64,000 bases of DNA from NCBI RefSeq assembly GCF_006345805.1, contig NC_043002.1:2480001-2544000 (forward strand), in the 5' to 3' direction. Below the pieces are notes generated by a model. It saw only the letters and a program-made list of their open reading frames with translations, searched no databases and was not told the origin of the DNA. A program made the position numbers and the translations under genes. Below are positions 54,965 through 64,000 of the stretch, in pieces. Origin of the DNA: Octopus sinensis. Lineage: Eukaryota. Position 1 is the stretch's first letter, and each line of letters begins with the position of its first letter.

Positions 54965-55455
54965 GACCCCCTTCGGTCATGAATGACCATGGGATTGCAC
55001 CTAGAAAGTTACCCTCCGAGGCACAAGTCTGGGCAAGGTTGTTTACAGAAGACCAGCAGTCGCCCATGCATACTGGCCTCCCCTCTCCACGCCACCGATG
55101 TTATCCAAGGGAAAGGCAAAGGGGCCGATACAGCTTGGCACCAGTGACGTCGCAACTCATTTATTAACATGCAAGTGGCTGAGCACTCCACAGACACGTG
55201 TACCATTAACGTAGTTCTCGGGGAGATTTAGGGTAACACAGAGTGTGACAAGGCTGGCCCTTTTGAAATACAGGTACAACAGAAACAGGAAGAAAGCGTG
55301 AAAGAAAGTTGTGGTGAAAGAGTACAGCAGGGTCCACCACCACCTCCTGCTGGAGCCTCGTGGAGCTTTAGGTGTTTTCGCTCAATAAACACTCACAATG
55401 CCCGGCCTGGGAATCGAAACCGCGAGTCCGCTGCCCTAACCATTGAGCCATTGTG
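54965..55455 (-). mobile_element. SINE family D plus 3' module (module tip also at ~50322-50380)
   Basis: tRNA-like head TGGCTCAATGG / GGTTTCGATTCCC at ~55455; shared GGTCATTCATGACCGAAGGGGG end. Confidence 0.75.
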
Positions 55456-55955
55456 GTTAATTAAGAAATGACGTTTGCAAAGCATTGTTGGAACTATTGC
55501 GAAAATGCTCAAAGCATTCCATGAGTTTAGCCGGCAGAGTGTAACGTCTCCCCGTATAGACGCTGGCTTATATCATAATCTGTCTTCATAAATGATACGA
55601 ATGCATGCATCAATCAAACCCACGGATATGCATGCACGCATACATACACACACCTACATAAAAATGCATACGTATGTACATACATGTCTGTGTATTCATT
55701 TATGGACAATAACTTGAAGAGATTAAAGATTAAAGATTAACACGATAATTCACGGAAGAAATATATAAAGAACTTGGATCAACAACCAAATTAAAAGCAT
55801 TGAAAGAGCAGAAAGAGATGTTAAATATACGGAGGCAGCAACGGTGTTCATTCGCAACACTGAGAAATGGTTCTCAGCGTGATATATAACCATATATAAC
55901 TAGATGTACACACCACACACAAACACATACACACACAAACACATACACACACATA

Positions 55956-55995
<40 letters not shown>

Positions 55996-57273
55996 AGTGA
56001 GATATAGTTAGGCCACGATATAAGCAGCGATGTTGGTGAAAAGAAAGTCAATTGAGATGGACTGAGTAAAGAAAAATTTAATGCAATCAGCGATCGTATT
56101 GGCGATTTAGATAAAAGAGCAGAACGAAGCTGAATAATATAATAACAATGGACACCAGTAAAATAAGGGGAAAAAGAAGCGGGGGGGGGGATCGAAATAC
56201 AAAAATTAGTTGACATTAAACGAACGTATTTGTTCTCTCTCTCCTTCTCTCTCTCCTTCTCTCCTTCTCTGCCAGTCTCTCGCCACTAACGTCATCACTG
56301 TATACCTGGTGATACGACAAAGTAAGGCTCATTAGTTTTAACCGTAAAACACACCAACACCACATTCTGATGTGTGTCATAATTCTTCGCTTGTCTGTAA
56401 AACTCTTTACTCTTGACGTATTGGCTTGTTTGTTATTTTTCAAAGGAGATAATGAAGTCGAGTGCGCGCGCGTGTGTTTATGCGTGTGTGTGTGTGTTTA
56501 TGTGTGTGTATATATATATATATACGTGTGTGATGGAGCGCTTTGCGTGTGTGTGTGTGTGTGTGTGTGTACATTAGAGCAAAGGAACTTACGGCTATAT
56601 TACATTTAATAGTCTAAGAAACACCGAAACACAAAAACAGTGTATGTAGTACGTATCGTGTGTGTGTGTCAGTGTGTGTGTGTCAGTGTGTGTGTGTCAG
56701 TGTGTGTGTGCGAGAGAGAGAGAGCGAGAGCGCGTGCGTACCAACGACTCTTATTCACAAACATTAACAGTATGTCATCTTGCAAAACATCGTCCGTTAT
56801 AATGAGGTGGACGCCTTTTTAAAGTCACTTTCAGCAGAGTTCTCTCGGCGTAAATTAATGATTTCACTCTGCACAGAGTTTTGTGATTCATTCTCTATTT
56901 ATAATTACATACGTACATTCATACAAACATACACACACGCGTGTGCGCGCGCATGCACGTGTGTGTATAGATTCAGCCAAAGAATCTACGGTGTAATTGT
57001 ACAACAAATCTTCTGATATTCTAAAATCAAACCAAACTTTGCTCAGTGTATTTCTTTGGTTTGTTATGGAGCTTTCCTCCCAATCTAACGAAATGTTTTA
57101 TATTATTCTATATACATTATTATTCATTAACTTGGCGAGGCAAACCGCAAAACGTTTCCACTTTCTCTCGTGTTCAGCAGATCTCTAGGTTTGCATTTAA
57201 TTGTCAATTTAAAGTGGTGACACAGTCATATACATACACATTTATCGAATAATATATCTATATTATACATGTA

Positions 57274-57342
<69 letters not shown>

Positions 57343-57344
57343 TA

Positions 57345-57475
57345 GTAGAATTTACAAAAAAACAAAAGATGAAGACGGGTGTGTAAACACACAAACAGAT
57401 GTATTAGTTTAACGCTCGGGAGGTGAGAAAGTATTTTATGTTTCGAGCCTACGCTCTTCGACTGAAAGGAACATT
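57345..57475 (-). mobile_element. Family E repeat, decayed hammerhead scaffold
   Basis: GAAGAGCGTAGGCTCGAAAC module. Confidence 0.7.
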
Positions 57476-57849
57476 TATGAATCTGTGTTGCAAGATTCCT
57501 GATATGAAACCATGTGTTGAAACAAATTTTGTTGTATTTCGGAATGGTCCTTTATTCTTTTCTCTTTGTTTTACCAAATAAACACACGCACTATATATTT
57601 GTTCTTCACTCGTTTATTACTGTTCTTATTCTAACTCATGTCCATTGTCCGGAAATCTTTCGTCACAGATCTGTGTCCTCTTCAGCAATACTTTCCGTCC
57701 TTGTGTATGCCCCCGCAGACTTGGTGAGAGTGATGAGGAATGTGTCCCGTATGTACGACCATAGAGAATTGGAAAGACACATACAACACTTCACCCACTG
57801 AATGCAATTCTTTGGCTCCAACCAAAGGGACAGGATTAGGAGTTGGGGC

Positions 57850-58500
57850 TAAGTATAAAACCATCATAGAGAGTAATGCAAAGGGGACCTGTTCGCTATA
57901 CAGGAGCAAATACTGAAACAGCACAGAAAGGACCAGATAAAAGATGGATAAGGCCACCTGATGGCATAGCAACAAAAAATACCAATGTCATGTTCGTTTA
58001 TGGTACCCCTGGCGGCGTACTAACATACCATTTTAGTAAAGCATTGGATATGGCTAATTTATGGATTAAAGTAGTAGAAAGGCCAAGAGCCCCCATAAAA
58101 TCCCTGATCTATAGAACTTACCCTTTCGATGGGGCCCCATGTGCGGAGAACAATTGTATAATATGTAGGGTGAGCCTACGGGCTAACTGTAAGGTTGGGA
58201 ATATAGTATAGAGCTTATGATGTACTGAGAGACGGTGCAGAAACAAGACAACTCCTTACATTGTAGAGACAGTAGGCGGCACAGGGGAGCGTATAGGGGC
58301 ACGCTGGTGGGAGCTCAGAAAGGATAAAGTCTCGTCAGTGCCCTACCAACATGCTCAAGCAGAACATAGAGGCTCAGTTGATAACAGAGAGGTTAAGGTA
58401 TTATGAAGGCATAGAACTGGCACGACACTTTGATCGCAGAGGCTACACATATAGCAATAGACAGACCGATCCTCGACAGAAAGCACAAATGTAACAATAA
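57850..58500 (+). pseudogene. PLE C-terminus: Cys-rich linker and GIY-YIG endonuclease relic
   Basis: VMFVYGTPGG, KVVERP, CAENNCIIC..NCKVGNIV*, PYIVET (YIGET-like), H...H, LIAEATHI..RPILD. Confidence 0.82.
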
Positions 58501-58976
58501 CAGCCACCACCACACCACGAAACATGACGACTAAAGACAGAAGGGAGAAAGCAATAAACAGATACAAACAGTATGATAAACACACAATGGACAAATATGC
58601 ACAACCCCATGATAGCTATAAGAAATAAAGATGAATAGGTAAAGAAAAAATGTATAAAGGGCACGGCTACAAACAACATGGTACGCGAACTCATATACAC
58701 ACACAAACGGATGCAACAACATCAACAAAGCGACCAACAACGACCAACAACAACAACGGCAACTACCACAAACACAGAGATGTGTTTGGTACAGGAATGG
58801 TAGCAAAAGTCGGGGTCAAGGGCAGCAACGGAGAATGGGACGGAGGAGAGGGGAGGGTCATAGTGCTGCTAAGAGCAACACACAAATACAGACGCAAACG
58901 CCCGCACATATAAGAATACACATCATAGAAGAACAGAAGGAAGTAAGAGATGCAGGAGTACACACGAGGGCGGAAA

Positions 58977-59021
58977 GTGTCGCTGAAGAGGTCACAGATA
59001 TGTGACGAAAGATTTCCACAC
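58977..59021 (+). ncRNA. pLTR hammerhead motif (inverted copy 57645-57692 on -)
   Basis: CTGAAGA-G-GTCACA-gata-TGTGAC-GAAA-GAT-TTC^; stem I imperfect. Confidence 0.6.
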
Positions 59022-59159
59022 AATGGACATGGGTTAGAATAAGAATAAACGAGTCAAGAATGAATATATAGTGCGTGTGTTTATTTGGCAAAAAATGACC
59101 GTCCCACGATACAACAACATATATAAACTATTCTTTAAAAATGTATATTATATATATAC

Positions 59160-59207
<48 letters not shown>

Positions 59208-59402
59208 TATATTATATACTAAGCAATAGGGTTTAGCAACGAATTGCCTTACTGCACACCGATTTTAGAAATAGCAGTCAAAGAGATTATAGCTATTTCT
59301 TCTACTAAAAGGGAGATCACAGTAAAAACAGCATTTGAAAAGCAAACACAAACAGGTAAGAGAGAATGAATTAATGGCAATCTATCATACAGTTTTAAGT
59401 CA

Positions 59403-59494
59403 CCTACGGACGTACGTTTCGAGATCAAGTCTTAGGAAAGCATAAGAATTAGATAATTCTACCTTACCCAGACTTCTTCTCTCATCAGCGCAGG
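59403..59494 (-). ncRNA. Type I hammerhead ribozyme, canonical
   Basis: CCTGCG-CTGATGA-GAG..AAGTCT..AGAATT/AATTCT..AGACTT..CTC-GAAA-CGTACG-TC^CGTAGG; ACGTACGT palindrome, GUC site. Confidence 0.88.
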
Positions 59495-59836
59495 ATACAA
59501 ACAATCATGAATGATTGTATATTGAATTTTGAGATACTAGAAGACACCAACTCAACTCAATATCAGAGCGAGCTAGAAGCCACAGCTAGTATCACCAAAT
59601 TCAAAGTGTGAATGAAAGTATGTGTCACCAGTCCCTTCCCACCCGCGTGTAGCCAAGACAAAGTGCTGTGGTCATTTACTGGGATGAATATGGTTATCAG
59701 TAACAATGAAGGGTGAAATTAATTAATTTGGAATAATTATCAATTACACCAAGTAGTCTTCGGCATGTAAAAGCCTCATTCGAGGAAAATTTAAGTAATA
59801 CTAAGCATACTAAGTTATACTAAGCATTTAATAATA

Positions 59837-59874
<38 letters not shown>

Positions 59875-59968
59875 GGGTGGCTTATTAGCAATTTAAGAAC
59901 TGAAGACATTTTTAGACGTCACTTATGTGATAGGTGTCTTATTGGCAATGTAACAACCTAAAGTGTAT

Positions 59969-60035
<67 letters not shown>

Positions 60036-60039
60036 AGAA

Positions 60040-60660
60040 AAAAATAATCATTTCACTGGTAATTCTAATCAGTTTAATTTATTTTTTTATATTTTGATAA
60101 TATAAATTTTACCCTTTCGTTCGTAGATCTAGTAAGTTCTTTGTTGACTTGGGTGGGGAGACTTTTTTTGATAAAATTCCTTATTAACTTCTTTGGAGAA
60201 CTTTCTTGCATTCGTTGTCAAACAGATCTGAGGATTTGGGGCTTTGTGATTCTAATTTAGGGAATTTGGGTGTGTTTCGGGTGGGGTTGGGGTTTGTTAA
60301 TCAGTGTGGGAGTGAAAGAACAGTGATGGATAATAGCTGAAAGAAAGTAGTGAATGGTCAACACAAGATAGTTGATTGGGGGAGGAGTTGGGAGGTGGTG
60401 GGGTGTTAATGGAGTGTTTTGTGAAGCCATTTGAATAGTTGACCTTTGGTGAGAAATCTAATGGTCAAATGTTTTTCCAAATTCTTTCTTTTAGTAATTT
60501 CCTCTGTTTTAGATGTGTGTCTGGGGTGGTGGTGTTAATGAGGTGTAAGATGCATGTCTTTTGATAAAAATGTTTTTTGATGGAAATGTCTTTTTTATAT
60601 ATTGGTTTGGGAGGGGAAATGGAGGAGATCAGGGTAGTTCACATATTTACAAAATGTATA
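60040..60660 (-). pseudogene. Highly decayed APE-type LINE fragment
   Basis: Weak motifs across frames: PINYLVLT (IDY-like), LS..YPSLF (SDH-like), FDNECKKVL. Confidence 0.35.
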
Positions 60661-60685
60661 TATACACATCTCTCTTTTCTCTCTG

Positions 60686-60770
<85 letters not shown>

Positions 60771-60910
60771 ACAATACCATGTACGCGTATGAAGATTTAC
60801 AAACATACTTTCCCAATGATCCTCGGTTTACCTACTATTATAAACAATACCAAATGTTTTTTCTCAAACCTTTTATAATGTGATACAAGTCTTTGGTGTA
60901 GCAATTGCAC

Positions 60911-61003
60911 GCGGCTGAAGAAGGCTTTTGATCTATCTGTTATATCGATTATGCATTGATGTAAGAATAAGTTGTTCTATAAAGCCCGAAACATATGTAC
61001 CGC
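60911..61003 (+). ncRNA. Type I hammerhead ribozyme
   Basis: GCGG-CTGAAGA-A-GGCTTT...AAAGCC-C-GAAA-CATATG-TA^CCGC; ACATATGT palindrome. Confidence 0.8.
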
Positions 61004-61377
61004 AACATCCTTTGCGTCCTGTTTTTCATTTATTTCATTTGATACATATATTCTATCTCCTATGCTACTAGCTGGCATATACAGGTGCTTACATTTATCA
61101 AGTATTCACCCTGAACGTATATATATATATACGTATATAGATAGATAGATAAATATACATATATACATATGTATACATACATATATATACAAATGTACAA
61201 ATACACACATATCTACCTACATACAGACATATACACACACACACAAACATACAGACATATACACACACACACAAACATATACATACACACACACACACAC
61301 ATACACACATATGCACGGATATACTGTGTGAGATTATGTACCAAGGATCTCACACATTTTCCAATATTTGTATATTT

Positions 61378-61422
<45 letters not shown>

Positions 61423-62796
61423 CAGATACATACATACATACATACATACATACATACATACATACATACATACATACATACATACATGCATACTCTGCTA
61501 TCGAACCATTGCTATCCTTCCTGGGCCTCTGCTTCTCTCGAAGGATTGACCTGTTTCACTAAAATTCCTGAAAGCCTACAATCTCTCTCATACATTGTAC
61601 GTCGTCAGAACGATTCAGCACTTTGGTGACTCTTTCTTTACGCAACCACCTCGGTAACAATACTCATAGAGTCCTCAAATCCTCCAGCCATTCCTTTGAT
61701 TTGTCTGTGGTATCCTTTAAGACTATGGTTCCAATAAAACAGGCAACCACGAAAGAAAACCTATTGATTTTAAGCTGGGAGCGCATTCATCTTGAGGCTT
61801 TTACATCACATCTTCGATCTTACACTTCATCCCCTATTTTTGCGCTCCTATAGTTCCTCCCCGCCCCGTTTTCTTTCTTCTCCATCAATAAAGTTCCAAA
61901 TCTGTTTTATCTACGCGTCTCCATCTGTTTGTAGGCGGTTCTCGATGAGTGTGTATTCTCCCGCCATCCCAAATTTGCGTACGTGTCTCTACCATTGCAT
62001 ACATGTGTATAATCAGAGAACGAATAGTCGTGTGTGTGACCACCACCACCACCACCACCACCTGCACTGTGTCCACTTCAATTCTCCTTACTCTCTATTC
62101 TCTCTTTCAAAATTACCTTAAATAATTGCCAGCCATCCTTACTCTCCATTCTGAATTCAAAGTGCAACATCATTCCTCTTTCTCCTCGCTTCCTCCATTG
62201 CACTTTTATGCACCAACCTGTCTGCACCTGCCAAATAACTCACCCCTATACGTGCAGTCCATCCTTAGCCACTTCCTCCTACTTCGACACTAACTCCCCC
62301 CTCTCTCATTCTTTACTCCCTCCCTCTTCATTTATTTCGCACACCACTTATATCACATCTCACTCGCTTCTCCCCCCTCGCTCTTCGCAATATTCCATAC
62401 ATCTCTCCTACACATGATTCCATTCTTCAACGACAAACTTGACATCAAAACCATTTTCGGTCCGTCTCCCTCCCTCCCTCCCTCTCTCTCTCTAAGTCTC
62501 AGAAGAACAATCAGAACCAGCAATCATCTCCGCAAACTCATCTCATCGACTCTCCTAAGTAAAGGTAGACCAAAAAGTAGCCAAACGACAGAAGTCTCAC
62601 TAAAATACAATTCTCCTTATTAGACTGCGTCTAATTGGTGTTGAGTATTTTAAAATCAATGGCGAATTTCACGGTGCAGTATTGATTAAATCTTTATAAT
62701 AACATATGAACAGTTCGGATATGTATGGGCGTGGGGCAAACATACACTCATATAATCTATATATATATATCTATATATATATATATATATTATATA

Positions 62797-62838
<42 letters not shown>

Positions 62839-63133
62839 GTACATACATACATACATGCATGCATACATATATATATATATGCATATGTATATATACATAC
62901 ATGTATATATACACACACGCATATAGATACATAGATATATTCACATACATATAATATAAATACACATATTCACGTGTGAGTGTGTGTGTGTGTGTGTATT
63001 TTTGTATGTATGCACAAATATATATATACGTATGTATGTACACACACACACACACACATACCGAAAGAAAGTGAGACTGATTACCGACAGACCAACAAAC
63101 ATATATACATACATGCATATATATATAACATAT

Positions 63134-63167
<34 letters not shown>

Positions 63168-63236
63168 ATATTTCTATATGTATTATATATTCATATTCAT
63201 GTGTCTGTTATCTTTTGTATATATGCTCGTGGATAT

Positions 63237-63290
<54 letters not shown>

Positions 63291-63834
63291 ATATATATAA
63301 TATAGTAGACATGTCCATATTCGTAGCTCATCTATAATTAGATAAATTCTTGATCCACCCCCTGAAACAGCATGAATGAAGTCTCTTCTTCCTCCAAAAT
63401 AAAACACCATCAGTCTATATTTTCTGTAATGAATGAGAAGGAACACTTTGTAGTTTAACGCTAATTAACATGCTATTTCAATCTGCTTAAAGCATCAAAG
63501 TACTTCCAATTACATCGTTATATATGAACTTAACTATAAATTACAATTTGTCCTTAATTTAATTCGTTTCTACTCGTTAGCTGGCTTTGTTTATTTCATT
63601 TTATTCTCTTTGATATTTCAGTCTTTTTTTTTGTGTTCTTTTCATAGAATTAGATGAGATCTACTTCACTGTGTAACCAGTGTCTACTTGGAGAAAAGCT
63701 TCTTTGGTGATGCTGCGGCAAGGAGGTTTCTATTTCCACGATTCTGCAGTTTGACGGTGATTTCATACGTCTAGATGTAACTTCATACACTCACACACCA
63801 CATAACATACACACACACACATACAACATAATAT

Positions 63835-63866
<32 letters not shown>

Positions 63867-63884
63867 ATATATATATATAATATA

Positions 63885-63918
<34 letters not shown>

Positions 63919-64000
63919 TTATATCTTTTCTTTGTATTCTATAGATAAAGAGAGAGACACCTATCTATCTATATGTATTATGCAAAGACACATGCATATA

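Larger units (their letters stand above)
57572..59095 (+). mobile_element. 5'-truncated Penelope-like element with inverted pLTR
   Basis: 57572-57715 is an inverted copy of 58950-59090; the GIY-YIG relic lies between them. Confidence 0.85.

Noticed and set aside
54965-55170. Possible HDV-like ribozyme in the GC-rich SINE/RTE-associated module
   Set aside because: Could not assign the nested double pseudoknot by eye; needs a motif search.
60040-60660. Initially read as a Penelope ORF N-terminus linked to the 60911 hammerhead
   Set aside because: It is on the opposite strand, and its weak motifs fit an APE-LINE better.
63300-63780. Possible exons with open frames (KYRLMVFYFGG..., YEITVKLQNRG...)
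   Set aside because: No convincing paired splice sites or recognisable homology.

Overview
Eukaryotic, AT-rich, microsatellite-saturated DNA. The tRNA-derived SINE families and repeat style point to an octopus (inference from recalled repeat sequences). I could not confidently identify any host protein-coding gene; most ORFs in the track are microsatellite read-throughs or decayed transposon frames. The window contains several tRNA-headed SINE families, decayed LINEs (RLE/R4-Dong-type, RTE, L1/Tx1, an APE fragment), a Penelope-like element (PLE) with a GIY-YIG relic, a deleted Tc1/mariner, two non-autonomous Helitrons, a 1.34-kb tandem duplication and a 100-N gap. The main unexplained signal is a dense set of type I hammerhead ribozyme (HHR) motifs: about 17 motifs from roughly 9 families whose sequences appear unrelated outside the core. 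Most have palindromic stem III, and several sit in divergent fold-back pairs. One family copy is fused to a Pol III tRNA-like head with a 5' fold-back, suggesting a PLE-mobilised 'hammerhead SINE'. All folds were assigned by eye and none has been tested for cleavage.
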